Assembly (NCBI RefSeq): GCF_044324875.1 | Contig: NZ_CP172185.1 | Direction: 5' to 3' (one strand) | Length of the DNA: 64,000 nucleotides | From: Escherichia coli | GTDB taxonomy: Bacteria; Pseudomonadota; Gammaproteobacteria; Enterobacterales; Enterobacteriaceae | In this document: one piece after another, positions 1 to 13,784 of the stretch | How positions within the stretch are numbered: position 1 is the stretch's first letter | Layout of the letters: each line of letters begins with the position of its first letter | The notes under the pieces: generated by a model | Databases searched by the model: none | The model's input: the letters and a program-made list of their open reading frames with translations, nothing else | What the model was told of the DNA's origin: nothing | Program-made: the position numbers and the translations under genes

Positions 1-108
1 TATCCTGGCGAAGCCGCGTCAGTAACATATGCTGAATAGTGTTAGGCGTTAATTTTAGCCTGTTAATCAATACTATTAAGATTTATTAATCGCTTTAAGG
101 AGAAGATG

Positions 109-336
109 ATGAAAAAGACTGCCGCAATTATTTCTGCCTGTATGCTGACTTTTGCCCTGAGCGCCTGTTCCGGTTCGAACTATGTGATGCACACCAATGA
201 CGGACGTACCATCGTCTCTGACGGCAAACCACAGACTGATAACGATACCGGTATGATTTCGTATAAAGACGCTAATGGCAACAAACAGCAGATCAACCGT
301 ACTGACGTGAAAGAGATGGTCGAACTGGATCAGTAA
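109..336 (+). CDS. ygdI: small lipoprotein YgdI (DUF903 family)
   Basis: 75-76 aa ORF with lipoprotein-type signal (LSAC lipobox); AGGAG at 98-102; ATG at 106 is an alternative start; lies next to gcvB as in K-12. Confidence 0.8.
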   Translation: MKKTAAIISACMLTFALSACSGSNYVMHTNDGRTIVSDGKPQTDNDTGMISYKDANGNKQQINRTDVKEMVELDQ

Positions 337-352
337 TTCGCGATCGCAAGGT

Positions 353-558
353 AAAAAAAAGCACCGCAATTAGGCGGTGCTACATTAATCACTATGGACA
401 GACAGGGTAAATGTACAGGAAGTGAAAAAAGGTAGCTTTGCTACCATGGTCTGAATCGCAGACCAATTGCAAACACAACAACACAACATCACAACCGTAA
501 GCCAAAAGTTCACCAGAACACGCATTCCGATAAAACTTTTCGTTCCGGCTCAGGAAGT
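353..558 (-). ncRNA. gcvB: GcvB small regulatory RNA
   Basis: Reverse complement of 353-558 reads ACTTCCTGAGCCGGAACGAAAAGTTTTATCGGAATGCGTGTTCTGGTG...GCACCGCCTAATTGCGGTGCTTTTTTTT, which I recognise as GcvB including the GU-rich region and terminal hairpin plus U-run; divergent from gcvA. Confidence 0.9.
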
Positions 559-686
559 GCCGCCACTATAGGTATTTGCTGGTAGAAGCTCAACGGACAA
601 TTTATAATGGCTCAGATTAAAAAAACTAATAGGTTACACAGTGTGATCTAATTGTTAAATTCATTTAACATCAAAGTTTAAAAGCC
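559..686. promoter_or_regulatory. divergent gcvA/gcvB promoter region
   Basis: AT-rich 128-bp spacer between the gcvB 5' end (558) and the gcvA start (687); role inferred from position. Confidence 0.5.
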
Positions 687-1604
687 ATGTCTAAACGATT
701 ACCACCGCTAAATGCCTTACGAGTTTTTGATGCCGCAGCACGCCATTTAAGTTTCACTCGCGCAGCAGAAGAGCTTTTTGTGACCCAGGCCGCAGTAAGT
801 CATCAAATCAAGTCTCTTGAGGATTTTTTGGGGCTAAAACTGTTCCGCCGCCGTAATCGTTCACTCCTGCTGACCGAGGAAGGGCAAAGCTATTTCCTCG
901 ATATCAAAGAGATATTTTCGCAATTAACCGAAGCGACGCGTAAACTCCAGGCCCGTAGCGCCAAGGGGGCGTTGACGGTCAGTTTACTCCCCAGTTTCGC
1001 CATTCATTGGTTGGTTCCGCGACTTTCCAGCTTTAATTCAGCTTATCCGGGAATTGACGTTCGAATCCAGGCGGTTGATCGTCAGGAAGATAAGCTGGCG
1101 GATGATGTTGATGTGGCGATATTTTATGGTCGGGGCAACTGGCCGGGGCTACGGGTGGAAAAACTTTACGCCGAATATTTATTGCCGGTGTGTTCGCCGC
1201 TACTGCTGACTGGCGAAAAACCCTTGAAGACCCCGGAAGATCTGGCTAAACATACGTTATTACATGATGCGTCACGCCGTGACTGGCAGACATATACTCG
1301 CCAATTGGGGTTAAATCATATCAACGTTCAGCAAGGGCCAATTTTTAGCCATAGCGCCATGGTGCTGCAAGCGGCTATTCACGGGCAGGGAGTGGCGCTG
1401 GCAAATAACGTGATGGCGCAATCTGAAATCGAGGCCGGACGTCTTGTTTGCCCGTTTAATGATGTTTTGGTCAGTAAAAATGCTTTTTATCTGGTTTGTC
1501 ATGACAGTCAGGCAGAACTGGGTAAAATAGCCGCCTTTCGCCAATGGATCCTGGCGAAAGCCGCTGCTGAACAAGAAAAATTCCGCTTTCGTTATGAACA
1601 ATAA
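687..1604 (+). CDS. gcvA: LysR-family glycine cleavage system transcriptional activator GcvA
   Basis: 305-aa ORF; N-terminal HTH MSKRLPPLNALRVFDAAARHLSFTRAAEELFVTQAAVSHQIKSLE matches GcvA. Confidence 0.95.
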   Translation: MSKRLPPLNALRVFDAAARHLSFTRAAEELFVTQAAVSHQIKSLEDFLGLKLFRRRNRSLLLTEEGQSYFLDIKEIFSQLTEATRKLQARSAKGALTVSLLPSFAIHWLVPRLSSFNSAYPGIDVRIQAVDRQEDKLADDVDVAIFYGRGNWPGLRVEKLYAEYLLPVCSPLLLTGEKPLKTPEDLAKHTLLHDASRRDWQTYTRQLGLNHINVQQGPIFSHSAMVLQAAIHGQGVALANNVMAQSEIEAGRLVCPFNDVLVSKNAFYLVCHDSQAELGKIAAFRQWILAKAAAEQEKFRFRYEQ

Positions 1605-1622
1605 TTTACGTAGGGTACGACC

Positions 1623-2018
1623 ATGACCAGCCGTTTTATGCTGATTTTCGCCGCCATTAGCGGCTTCATTTTTGTGGCTCTGGGCGCTTTTGGCGCGCAT
1701 GTGTTAAGTAAAACCATGGGGGCCGTTGAGATGGGCTGGATCCAGACCGGTCTCGAATACCAGGCGTTCCACACGCTGGCGATCTTAGGTCTGGCGGTGG
1801 CAATGCAGCGTCGCATCAGTATCTGGTTTTACTGGAGTAGCGTTTTCCTCGCGTTAGGCACGGTGCTGTTCAGCGGCAGCCTTTATTGCCTGGCACTGTC
1901 CCATCTGCGTTTGTGGGCGTTTGTCACTCCGGTTGGCGGCGTGAGCTTCCTTGCGGGCTGGGCGTTAATGTTAGTTGGTGCTATCCGTTTAAAACGCAAG
2001 GGCGTAAGTCATGAATAA
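1623..2018 (+). CDS. ygdD: DUF423 inner-membrane protein YgdD
   Basis: 131-aa hydrophobic ORF; overlaps the rlmM start by 8 bp; synteny. Confidence 0.85.
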
Positions 2019-3111
2019 GGTTGTATTGCTGTGCCGTCCGGGCTTTGAAAAAGAGTGCGCCGCAGAAATTACCGATAAAGCCGGCCAGCGGGAAATTTTC
2101 GGTTTTGCCCGCGTGAAAGAGAATGCGGGTTATGTGATTTATGAATGTTATCAACCTGATGATGGCGATAAGTTAATCCGTGAGCTGCCGTTCAGTTCAT
2201 TAATTTTTGCCCGCCAGTGGTTTGTAGTGGGGGAACTCCTGCAGCATTTGCCGCCAGAAGATCGTATTACTCCCATTGTCGGCATGTTACAGGGCGTAGT
2301 AGAGAAGGGCGGTGAACTGCGTGTTGAAGTTGCCGATACCAACGAAAGCAAAGAGTTGCTGAAATTCTGCCGTAAATTCACCGTGCCGCTACGCGCTGCC
2401 TTGCGCGATGCGGGTGTGCTGGCGAACTATGAAACGCCGAAGCGTCCGGTTGTGCATGTATTCTTTATTGCACCAGGCTGCTGCTATACCGGTTACTCAT
2501 ACAGCAACAATAATTCGCCGTTCTATATGGGCATTCCGCGCCTGAAATTTCCGGCAGATGCGCCGAGTCGTTCCACGCTCAAACTGGAAGAGGCATTTCA
2601 TGTGTTTATTCCTGCGGATGAGTGGGATGAACGCCTGGCGAACGGGATGTGGGCGGTGGATTTAGGCGCTTGCCCAGGCGGCTGGACCTACCAACTGGTG
2701 AAGCGCAACATGTGGGTTTATTCCGTCGACAACGGCCCGATGGCGCAAAGTCTGATGGATACCGGACAGGTGACGTGGCTGCGGGAAGACGGTTTCAAAT
2801 TCCGTCCGACACGCAGCAATATCTCCTGGATGGTATGCGATATGGTTGAAAAACCGGCGAAAGTTGCGGCATTGATGGCGCAGTGGCTGGTTAATGGCTG
2901 GTGCCGTGAAACCATTTTCAACCTCAAACTGCCGATGAAAAAACGCTACGAAGAAGTGTCACACAATCTGGCGTATATTCAGGCACAGCTTGATGAACAT
3001 GGCATAAATGCTCAGATCCAGGCGCGGCAGTTGTATCACGATCGCGAAGAAGTGACGGTGCACGTCCGCCGTATCTGGGCTGCGGTGGGTGGTCGTCGCG
3101 ACGAGCGATAA
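2011..3111 (+). CDS. rlmM: 23S rRNA 2'-O-ribose C2498 methyltransferase RlmM
   Basis: 366-aa ORF beginning [16 protein letters not shown]; length and synteny match RlmM (YgdE). Confidence 0.9.
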
Positions 3112-3154
3112 CAGGCAAGGCCGGGGCGTCGTCTCCGGCCTGCTACCCTTTCCG

Positions 3155-3886
3155 TCAGGCTGTTACCAAAGAAGTTGCAACCTGGCGCTCATCAGAAATA
3201 ATGTGCGTTACCTCATCCAGATGCCCGATGCGGGCTTCCCCTGAACGATTAAATTTACTTTTATCAATCAATAACAACGATTGCGCGGCGCGTTTTAATA
3301 GCATTGATTTGTAATCAGCGTTGATGGCATTGGAGTCCCACAGTGCGCCGCTGCTATCGATCCCTTCACAAGAAAAAATAAACAGATCGATTTCCAGCGA
3401 TTTAAGTTGAGAAATCAGCGAGGGATTGACGTAACAGCCATATTTGCGCTCAAGTGTGCCGCCGGAACTGATCAGTTGAATGCGTTCGCGTTTACCGAGT
3501 TCATGGCAAATCGGATGGCTATTGGTGAAGACCTGGATGTTGATGTCAGGCAACTGGCGTGCCAGATACCAGCAGGTTGAACTTGCGTCTAAGGCTATTA
3601 CCATCCCTTCTTCAATCCACGCGAGCGCCTCGCGCGCGATATCTGCTTTATGCGCATAATGGCTTTTCAGCCGGATGTGAAAGGGATCGCCACTGTCTTG
3701 ATTTTGACGGTGGATATATTTAGCGCGCCCATGATTGCGCAGAATTTTACCCTGCGTCTGTAATTCATTGAGATCGCGACGAATGGTTTCTTTACTGACC
3801 TTTAGCTGTTCAGAGAGAGCTTCCGTGGTCAGGCTGGTATGGTTCAGCAGCAGGTCGACTATCGCTTGCTGGCGTGCCGCTTTCAT
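3155..3886 (-). CDS. fucR: DeoR-family L-fucose operon activator FucR
   Basis: ORF runs to 3895 (MKNMKAARQQ...); K-12 FucR begins MKAARQQAIVDLLLNHTSL, so start at 3886 is preferred; DeoR HTH plus sugar-binding domain. Confidence 0.9.
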   Translation of the reverse strand: MKAARQQAIVDLLLNHTSLTTEALSEQLKVSKETIRRDLNELQTQGKILRNHGRAKYIHRQNQDSGDPFHIRLKSHYAHKADIAREALAWIEEGMVIALDASSTCWYLARQLPDINIQVFTNSHPICHELGKRERIQLISSGGTLERKYGCYVNPSLISQLKSLEIDLFIFSCEGIDSSGALWDSNAINADYKSMLLKRAAQSLLLIDKSKFNRSGEARIGHLDEVTHIISDERQVATSLVTA

Positions 3887-3943
3887 ATTTTTCACCCCAT
3901 CATTCGATAACCGCCCGCGTCATGCGGGCGTACCGGTATGAGA

Positions 3944-4366
3944 TTACGGTGTTACCCCTTTTTTTAAAAGAATATTCCCGTACTTCGCTCGTTCGCCTGT
4001 GATAACGATCGCAAAGGCTTTTTGTGCCCGTTCATAAAACGCAAAACGATTGATGCGGATGATGTCAGGACACGGGGCTTGTAGTGAAAGCGCATTACGG
4101 TAACGTCGTTCTACTTCAGGATCGAGAGTGTCACCTTCTACCGCCGCCATCATCACCAGCGGCGGTGCATAACTGTCCAGTTCAAATAACGGGATAATCG
4201 CCTGGAGCAAGTCGCTCACCAACAGGCCATCAGCGCGGATCACCTGCGGTCCCATCGAATGGGCGGGAAAGTGAGCATCGGAAAAAATAATTTCATCTCC
4301 ATGCCCCATCTCTGCCAGCACTTTCAATAGTTCGGGAGAAATTAACGGCGAAATTGTTTTCAGCAT
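3944..4366 (-). CDS. fucU: L-fucose mutarotase FucU
   Basis: 140-aa ORF in the fucPIKUR operon; RbsD/FucU family. Confidence 0.9.
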
Positions 4367-4367
4367 T

Positions 4368-5786
4368 TCACACTTCCTCTATAAATTCAGGTTCAGTTTG
4401 CGGGTAGAAATAACGGTACTGATAATGAATCTGCGCGCGGGCTTCTTCCGGGCTGTTAAATTCCCCTACGCCATACCAACCGAACAGCGCAGCTCCTGCG
4501 ACGGTCGTTTCTGCGTCGTCGAGAACTTTTACCGGAATATCAAGCATATTGGCTTTAATCTGATTCCACAAAGTGTTGCGACTTCCTCCGCCGACTAACA
4601 ATAATTCAGAGGCTTTAAAGTGCCCGATTTTTTCCAGCATCTGTAGATTGCGCTGTAATTGCTCAGTTAACCCTTCCAGCGCCGCGCGATAGAAATGCCC
4701 CCGCGTGGTATTAAGCGTCACTCCTTGCCAGCCAGCGTTCTGACACGACAATAAATCACACTGCATTTTCACACCATCCGCGCCAGGTGCGATCAGACGA
4801 GCCTCTTCAATCAACATTTGCCAGGGAGTTTCAGCCGTCCAGAACAGTTTTCTCACCCATTCCAGCACGCCGGATGCCAGCCATTGCATACCTGGGTTAT
4901 ACAACCCTGCCTGACTATCCAGTTCGCAGGTGGAACCGGCATACTGACTTAACAGCGAAGTATCAACCTGGGCGCTACGGACCATTAAAATTTCCCATGT
5001 ACCGGAAGAGAGCACGGGTTCATTTTGTTCAGCACCAGCGCCAAAAAGGGCGAACTGGGTATCGTGACCTGCGGAAATCACCGGTATGCCAACGGGTAAG
5101 CCGAGCATTGCTGCGGCGCTGTTCTGTAACGTACCAATCTGTTCACCCGCTTCCACCAGACGAGGGAAGAGGCGGCGTGGAATACCGGTGGCGTGTAAAA
5201 TTTGCGGACTGAAATCGCGTTGCTGGATATCCAGCATCTGGCTGGTTCCGGCCATCGTGATATCAGTAGTGAATTCGCCGGTTAAACGGTGGTTAATCAG
5301 CGACGAAATAAAGAGCCAGGCGTGCGCGCGTTCCAGCAGTTGTGGATGATTTTCTTTCAACCACACCAACTTATATAACGTATTGAAACTAAAGGCTCCG
5401 ACGCCAGAAATAGCCTGCAACTGCTGTGCGGAGATCAACCGTTCAATATTGTCCATTACCGCTGCTGTTCGCGGACATTTCCAGCTAATGATCGGATAGA
5501 GCAGATTGCCTTGCTTATCTACCAGAGCGCCATCCACACCAAAGGTGGTGACGGCGATACCGCGGATGTGGCATTCAGTCAGTTCACTATTGATTTGCCG
5601 ACAGCAATCAGCAAAGCGTTGCAAAATGGCGTCTAAAGACCACTGGTGCCAGGTGGTGTTTTCCATCGCGATATCGCTGGCATTAGGCGTTGAGGCGCGG
5701 GCAACAATTTTTCCCTGCCGATTAACCGCGATGGCCCTGACATTGGTCGCGCCACAGTCGAGTACCAGGATAACTTCTTGTTTCAT
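4368..5786 (-). CDS. fucK: L-fuculokinase FucK
   Basis: FGGY kinase; ORF runs to 5816 but [21 protein letters not shown] at 5786 with an upstream AGGAG is the likely start. Confidence 0.9.
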
Positions 5787-5804
5787 AATCGCTCCTGCAA
5801 TATA

Positions 5805-5872
5805 GCCGGATAACATTGCTTATCCGGCTAACCACTCTTGCTTGTTCAGGCCCGGTAGCCGGAGCGACCGGG
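5805..5872. repeat. REP-like palindromic elements in the fucI-fucK spacer
   Basis: GCCGGATAACATTGCTTATCCGGC at 5805-5828 and CCCGGTAGCCGGAGCGACCGGG at 5851-5872. Confidence 0.6.
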
Positions 5873-5894
5873 CATCACATCAGGGAGTAATGTA

Positions 5895-7670
5895 TTAACG
5901 CTTGTACAACGGGCCGTAGTTCTGGCAAGCGCGGTAATCCTGGCCTTCAATATCCATGCCGTGCGCGGCCCAGGCAGAAGGACGATACACTTTGGTCTCT
6001 TCAACGTTGTGCATACATACCGGGATACGCAGCATGGAGGCAAGAGTGATAAAGTCTGCGCCAACGTGGCCGATGGTTAGAACCCCGTGGTTAGCGCCCC
6101 AGTTCGCCATTACCGAGTACACATCCGTAAACGGCCCTTTACCGGTGAGGCGCGGTGCAAACCAGGTGGTTGGCCAGGTTGAGTTGGTGCGTTTGTTGAG
6201 GATGTCATGCACATCCTTCGGCAATTCCACGCTCCAGCCTTCCGCGATTTGCAGTACCGGTCCCAGGCCTTTGATGATGTTGACACGAGTCATGGTGAAC
6301 GGGACGCCGCCTTCGGTAAGGAAGCGGGAAGAGTAACCGCCGCCACGGAAGTATTCGTGGATCGCCGGGCACCATTCGGTAGCGGCGAGGCAAGCGTCAG
6401 CCTCTTGCTGAGAGATTTCCCAGTGTGGCTTCATCGTCGGGTTACCTTCGCTGTCGCGTTGTTTACAGGAACCGTCCAGCGCAGCAGAACCGGAGTTGAT
6501 CAAATGGATGATGCCGTGTTCTGCCAGTCCATCGAGTTTATGCCCCGTTACACGTTCAATTGCTTCTGGTGACCAGTAGGTACGCACATCGGCAAATACC
6601 TGAGCGGTGCCGGTGAGCTGGTGACCCATTAGCATTGCCACGCCGTTAAGACTGTCGTTTTCGGTCGCCACGACAAAGGGTTCGCGCACGCCATTCCAGT
6701 CAAATGAACTGTTAAGGATCGCTTCGGCGGTGTCGCCATTGGGATATTGATCGGTCCAGTGGCGTTGTCCCTGGAAGCCCGCAGCGATGGCGTTGTAGCC
6801 AAGTGATTCTTCTACGCGACCAATATCGGCCAGTTTGCTGTTGCCTTGCATCATGTCGCGGATACACATCGCCATCAGTAAACTTTCGCGCAGAACTGCG
6901 CGGCTTTGCTCGGCATTGCGTTGATACTGTTTGTTATTTTCATCTTCGCCATAGCGGAAGTTTTTATCAGCCCAGGCCAGCGCCATTTCCAGTTCGGCTT
7001 CGTCGTAAATCTTCTGATCGATACGGCGACGAAGTTCGGTCATATCCACCGCCTGGACTTTCATTCCCAGCCAGGATTCAAAGAAGTTGTGATCAACAAT
7101 AGAACCGGCGATACCCATCGAAACGCCACCCAGCGACAGATAGCTTTTACCTTTCATGCTGGCGACGGCCAAACCGGCGCGGGCAAAGCGCAGCAGTTTT
7201 TCTTCAACATCAGCAGGAATCGATGTGTCATCGGCATCCTGAACGTCATGACCGTAAATGGAGAATGCCGGGATGCCTTTCTGGCTGTGAGCTGCCAAAG
7301 CCGCAGCCAGGTAAACAGCGCCGGGGCGTTCAGTGCCGTTAAAGCCCCAAATGGCTTTCGGGCGGGTTGGATCCATGTCGATAGTTTCACTGCCATAGCA
7401 CCAGCAAGGCGTTACCGTAATGGTGAGGCCTACATTCTGACTGCTGAATTTTTCTTCGCAAGCAGCGGCTTCAGCCATACCCGCGATACAGGTATCGGAA
7501 ATGACACACTCGACGGCAGCTCCGCAGGCATGGCGCAGTTTCTCGGTCAGCAGTGCGGCCGTAGCTTTCGCCATATTCATTGTTTGTTCTTCAAGCGACT
7601 CACGAACACCCATGCGACGACCGTCAATAACCGGGCGGATACCAATTTTCGGTAAGCTGATTTTTTTCAT
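5895..7670 (-). CDS. fucI: L-fucose isomerase FucI
   Basis: 591-aa ORF beginning [19 protein letters not shown]. Confidence 0.95.
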   Translation of the reverse strand: MKKISLPKIGIRPVIDGRRMGVRESLEEQTMNMAKATAALLTEKLRHACGAAVECVISDTCIAGMAEAAACEEKFSSQNVGLTITVTPCWCYGSETIDMDPTRPKAIWGFNGTERPGAVYLAAALAAHSQKGIPAFSIYGHDVQDADDTSIPADVEEKLLRFARAGLAVASMKGKSYLSLGGVSMGIAGSIVDHNFFESWLGMKVQAVDMTELRRRIDQKIYDEAELEMALAWADKNFRYGEDENNKQYQRNAEQSRAVLRESLLMAMCIRDMMQGNSKLADIGRVEESLGYNAIAAGFQGQRHWTDQYPNGDTAEAILNSSFDWNGVREPFVVATENDSLNGVAMLMGHQLTGTAQVFADVRTYWSPEAIERVTGHKLDGLAEHGIIHLINSGSAALDGSCKQRDSEGNPTMKPHWEISQQEADACLAATEWCPAIHEYFRGGGYSSRFLTEGGVPFTMTRVNIIKGLGPVLQIAEGWSVELPKDVHDILNKRTNSTWPTTWFAPRLTGKGPFTDVYSVMANWGANHGVLTIGHVGADFITLASMLRIPVCMHNVEETKVYRPSAWAAHGMDIEGQDYRACQNYGPLYKR

Positions 7671-7702
7671 TACAGATTCCTCACTTTATTCGGAAAATAT
7701 GT

Positions 7703-9019
7703 TCAGTTAGTTGCCGTTTGAGAACGGAAACGGGCAAAGATAAAGATGACCGCGAAGCAGAGTGCGGGGATCAGTTCAGCAGTGGGGATGTTGCCCGCCG
7801 CGTCACTGACAAAACCCATGACCGGAGTGACAATACCGCCGCCAATAATGGTCATAACGATGAAGGACGAACCGTATTTGGTGTCCTGGCCGAGATTCTT
7901 AATGCCCAGCGAGAAGATTGTTGGGTACTGAATCGACATAAAGGCACTGCATAATGTCAGGGCTATTAAGCCCACATGACCGCCAGCGAAGGCTGAGATC
8001 AGGCACAGTGCCATAGCGATTAATGCGTAGGCTGCCAGGACTTTGTGTGGTGCGAAGCGACTGATGAGCCAGGTACCGGTGAAACGACCAATAAAGAAGC
8101 ACACCATGGTTCCGGTTAAATAGTTAGCGGCAAAGCCTGCGGTCATACCTGGAATTTCTTCTACAGCGTAGCGAATCAAATAGCTCCAGCAGGCCGTTTG
8201 CGCGCCGACATAGCAGAATTGCGCTAATACCGCCCAGCGCCAGTGACGAATACGCGCCAGACGAGAAAGCGATGCGGAGAACGATCCTTGTTTGGCGTCA
8301 CTGTGATTATCACTCTGCAATGCCGGGAATTTCGTCAGCATGATCAGCAGGGCGACCAGTAACACGATAGCCACGATGATCATATAAGGTGTCTGTACCG
8401 ATAATACCAGGCTGTGTTTATACGCACTCAATTGCTCTGGAGACATTTTATCGAGAACGTCTTGCGATTGATGTGGCACGTTAGACAAAATAAGACTTTG
8501 CCCAAAGACAACCGCGATAATTGCGCCAAACGAGTTAAATGTTTGCGCAAGATTTAAGCGGAAGTGACCACTGCTTTCCGGCCCTAATACCGTAACAAAA
8601 GGGTTTGCGGCAGTTTCCAGACAACCTAATCCGGCTGCAATAATAAATAGGCCAACTAAAAATAAGGTGTAGTTCATTATTTCTGCAGCGGGCCAGAATA
8701 ATGCAGCGCCCAAGGCATATAAAAATAATCCGGTAATAATCCCTGCTTTATAACTGAGTTTTTTCATCAATATCCCAGCAGGGATTGGGATAATGAAATA
8801 ACCAAAGTAAAAGGCCGATTGGATCAGGCCAGCCTGGAAATTTGTCAGCGTAAAAGCCTGCTGGAATTGAGGTAATAAAATGTCGTTAAGGTTATTGGCT
8901 ACCGCCCAAAGAAAAAACAGTGAGCACAGCAGCGCGAATGGAATAATGTAACTTCTGCTTTGCCCTGCATCTTTATCTACCGCACGGTAACTCTGCGTTT
9001 GTATTGATGTGTTTCCCAT
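7703..9019 (-). CDS. fucP: L-fucose:H+ symporter FucP (MFS)
   Basis: 438-aa polytopic membrane ORF; synteny. Confidence 0.95.
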   Translation of the reverse strand: MGNTSIQTQSYRAVDKDAGQSRSYIIPFALLCSLFFLWAVANNLNDILLPQFQQAFTLTNFQAGLIQSAFYFGYFIIPIPAGILMKKLSYKAGIITGLFLYALGAALFWPAAEIMNYTLFLVGLFIIAAGLGCLETAANPFVTVLGPESSGHFRLNLAQTFNSFGAIIAVVFGQSLILSNVPHQSQDVLDKMSPEQLSAYKHSLVLSVQTPYMIIVAIVLLVALLIMLTKFPALQSDNHSDAKQGSFSASLSRLARIRHWRWAVLAQFCYVGAQTACWSYLIRYAVEEIPGMTAGFAANYLTGTMVCFFIGRFTGTWLISRFAPHKVLAAYALIAMALCLISAFAGGHVGLIALTLCSAFMSIQYPTIFSLGIKNLGQDTKYGSSFIVMTIIGGGIVTPVMGFVSDAAGNIPTAELIPALCFAVIFIFARFRSQTATN

Positions 9020-9565
9020 AGCATCCTCTTAGGTTCAGAAGCTTAAGCACGTAATCGGTTATGTTTTCAAAAGTGCAAAACCAGCGAGTTCGGGCTTCAT
9101 ATCAGTGAATATTTGCCTGTCAGAAATGAACTCATGGATTCATTTTCAAATAAAAAACGCTCTGTAATATGACGGCGGTCACACTTATTAGCTGGGAGGT
9201 GACTTTATGTGACTACCATCACTTTAATAATCGAAATTTCATGCCCGTTTCAGAAAATAAATCATAAAAAACACAAACCCGATGACCGTATTAATTGTTT
9301 GTGCCGAAAACGGGCATTTCTGGCGAGGGGGAATGGAAAAATGACCGTTTTGATAAATATTTTTAAGAGCGGTCATTTTTAATAGGGTTATAAAAAGAGA
9401 ACTTGCAGTTATTTACTGTGATTAGTTGAACCAGGTCACAAAATATAAGCTTGTGAATTTCTTTCTGGTTAATCAGGAAGAAGATGGTGGGTAATTAAAC
9501 GGCTAATTCAATAGTGTGAAAGGAACAACATTATTGCCCTGTTTTGAATCAGAGAGAGGTAGCTA
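9020..9565. promoter_or_regulatory. divergent fucPIK / fucAO control region
   Basis: 546-bp AT-rich spacer between divergent operons; repeated TGACCG/CGGTCA motifs (9170-9183, 9282-9289, inverted pair 9341-9347 and 9370-9376) and inverted repeat ATGCCCGTTT (9241-9250) / AAACGGGCAT (9309-9318). Confidence 0.6.
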
Positions 9566-10213
9566 ATGGAACGAAATAAACTTGCTCGTCAGATTATTGA
9601 CACTTGCCTGGAAATGACCCGCCTGGGACTGAACCAGGGGACAGCGGGTAACGTCAGTGTACGTTATCAGGATGGGATGCTGATTACGCCTACAGGTATT
9701 CCATATGAAAAACTGACGGAGTCGCATATTGTCTTTATTGATGGCAACGGTAAACATGAGGAAGGAAAACTCCCCTCAAGCGAATGGCGTTTCCATATGG
9801 CGGCCTATCAAAGCAGACCGGATGCCAACGCGGTTGTTCACAATCATGCCGTTCATTGCACAGCAGTTTCCATTCTTAACCGACCGATCCCCGCTATTCA
9901 CTACATGATTGCGGCGGCTGGCGGTAATTCTATTCCTTGCGCGCGTTATGCGACCTTTGGAACACGCGAACTTTCTGAACATGTTGCGCTGGCTCTCAAA
10001 AATCGTAAGGCAACTTTGTTACAACATCATGGGCTTATCGCTTGTGAGGTGAATCTGGAAAAAGCGTTATGGCTGGCGCATGAAGTTGAAGTGCTGGCGC
10101 AACTTTACCTGACGACCCTGGCGATTACGGACCCGGTGCCAGTGCTGAGCGATGAAGAGATTGCCGTAGTGCTGGAGAAATTCAAAACCTACGGGTTACG
10201 GATTGAAGAGTAA
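9566..10213 (+). CDS. fucA: L-fuculose-1-phosphate aldolase FucA
   Basis: 215-aa class II aldolase ORF beginning MERNKLARQIIDTCLEMTRLGLNQGTAGNVS. Confidence 0.95.
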   Translation: MERNKLARQIIDTCLEMTRLGLNQGTAGNVSVRYQDGMLITPTGIPYEKLTESHIVFIDGNGKHEEGKLPSSEWRFHMAAYQSRPDANAVVHNHAVHCTAVSILNRPIPAIHYMIAAAGGNSIPCARYATFGTRELSEHVALALKNRKATLLQHHGLIACEVNLEKALWLAHEVEVLAQLYLTTLAITDPVPVLSDEEIAVVLEKFKTYGLRIEE

Positions 10214-10237
10214 TTTCGTAAAGCAACAAGGAGAAGG

Positions 10238-11389
10238 ATGATGGCTAACAGAATGATTCTGAACGAAACGGCATGGTTTGGTCGGGGTGCTGTTGGGGCT
10301 TTAACCGATGAGGTGAAACGCCGTGGTTATCAGAAGGCGCTGATCGTCACCGATAAAACGCTGGTGCAATGCGGCGTGGTGGCGAAAGTGACCGATAAGA
10401 TGGATGCTGCAGGGCTGGCATGGGCGATTTACGACGGCGTAGTGCCCAACCCAACAATTACTGTCGTCAAAGAAGGGCTCGGTGTATTCCAGAATAGCGG
10501 TGCGGATTACCTGATCGCTATTGGTGGTGGTTCTCCACAGGATACTTGTAAAGCGATTGGCATTATCAGCAACAACCCGGAGTTTGCCGATGTGCGTAGC
10601 CTGGAAGGACTTTCCCCGACCAATAAACCCAGTGTACCGATTCTGGCAATCCCCACCACAGCAGGCACTGCGGCAGAAGTGACCATTAACTACGTGATCA
10701 CTGACGAAGAAAAACGGCGCAAGTTTGTTTGCGTTGATCCGCATGATATCCCGCAGGTGGCGTTTATTGACGCTGACATGATGGATGGTATGCCTCCAGC
10801 GCTGAAAGCTGCGACGGGTGTCGATGCGCTCACTCATGCTATTGAGGGGTATATTACCCGTGGCGCGTGGGCGCTAACCGATGCACTGCACATTAAAGCG
10901 ATTGAAATCATTGCTGGGGCGCTGCGAGGATCGGTTGCTGGTGATAAGGATGCCGGAGAAGAAATGGCGCTCGGGCAGTATGTTGCGGGTATGGGCTTCT
11001 CGAATGTTGGGTTAGGGTTGGTGCATGGTATGGCGCATCCACTGGGCGCGTTTTATAACACTCCACACGGTGTTGCGAACGCCATCCTGTTACCGCATGT
11101 CATGCGCTATAACGCTGACTTTACCGGTGAGAAGTACCGCGATATCGCGCGCGTTATGGGCGTGAAAGTGGAAGGTATGAGCCTGGAAGAGGCGCGTAAT
11201 GCCGCTGTTGAAGCGGTGTTTGCTCTCAACCGTGATGTCGGTATTCCGCCACATTTGCGTGACGTTGGTGTACGCAAGGAAGACATTCCGGCACTGGCGC
11301 AGGCGGCGCTTGATGACGTTTGTACCGGTGGCAACCCGCGCGAAGCAACGCTTGAGGATATTGTAGAGCTTTACCATACCGCCTGGTAA
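10238..11389 (+). CDS. fucO: L-1,2-propanediol oxidoreductase (lactaldehyde reductase) FucO
   Basis: Iron-containing alcohol dehydrogenase family; MMANRMILNETAWFGRGAVGAL (second ATG at 10241 may be the true start). Confidence 0.95.
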   Translation: MMANRMILNETAWFGRGAVGALTDEVKRRGYQKALIVTDKTLVQCGVVAKVTDKMDAAGLAWAIYDGVVPNPTITVVKEGLGVFQNSGADYLIAIGGGSPQDTCKAIGIISNNPEFADVRSLEGLSPTNKPSVPILAIPTTAGTAAEVTINYVITDEEKRRKFVCVDPHDIPQVAFIDADMMDGMPPALKAATGVDALTHAIEGYITRGAWALTDALHIKAIEIIAGALRGSVAGDKDAGEEMALGQYVAGMGFSNVGLGLVHGMAHPLGAFYNTPHGVANAILLPHVMRYNADFTGEKYRDIARVMGVKVEGMSLEEARNAAVEAVFALNRDVGIPPHLRDVGVRKEDIPALAQAALDDVCTGGNPREATLEDIVELYHTAW

Positions 11390-11407
11390 ATGCGCTGATG
11401 TGATAAT

Positions 11408-11440
11408 GCCGGATGCGACGCTAGCTGCGTCTTATCCGGC
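11408..11440. repeat. REP element between convergent fucO and xni
   Basis: GCCGGATGCGACGCTAGCTGCGTCTTATCCGGC imperfect palindrome. Confidence 0.7.
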
Positions 11441-11493
11441 GTATAAGTTCATTAAATTCAATGTGTTGATAATCGTTTGCATCCGGCACGCCG

Positions 11494-13727
<2,234 letters not shown>

Positions 13728-13784
13728 AGGAAATACATCGCGTTAAAACGGAGGAAGCGCCGCCCGAAAGCGGCGCGAAAGGAC

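Noticed and set aside
76-369. 97-aa minus-strand ORF overlapping ygdI
   Set aside because: Antisense to ygdI and running into the gcvB terminator; no support as a gene.
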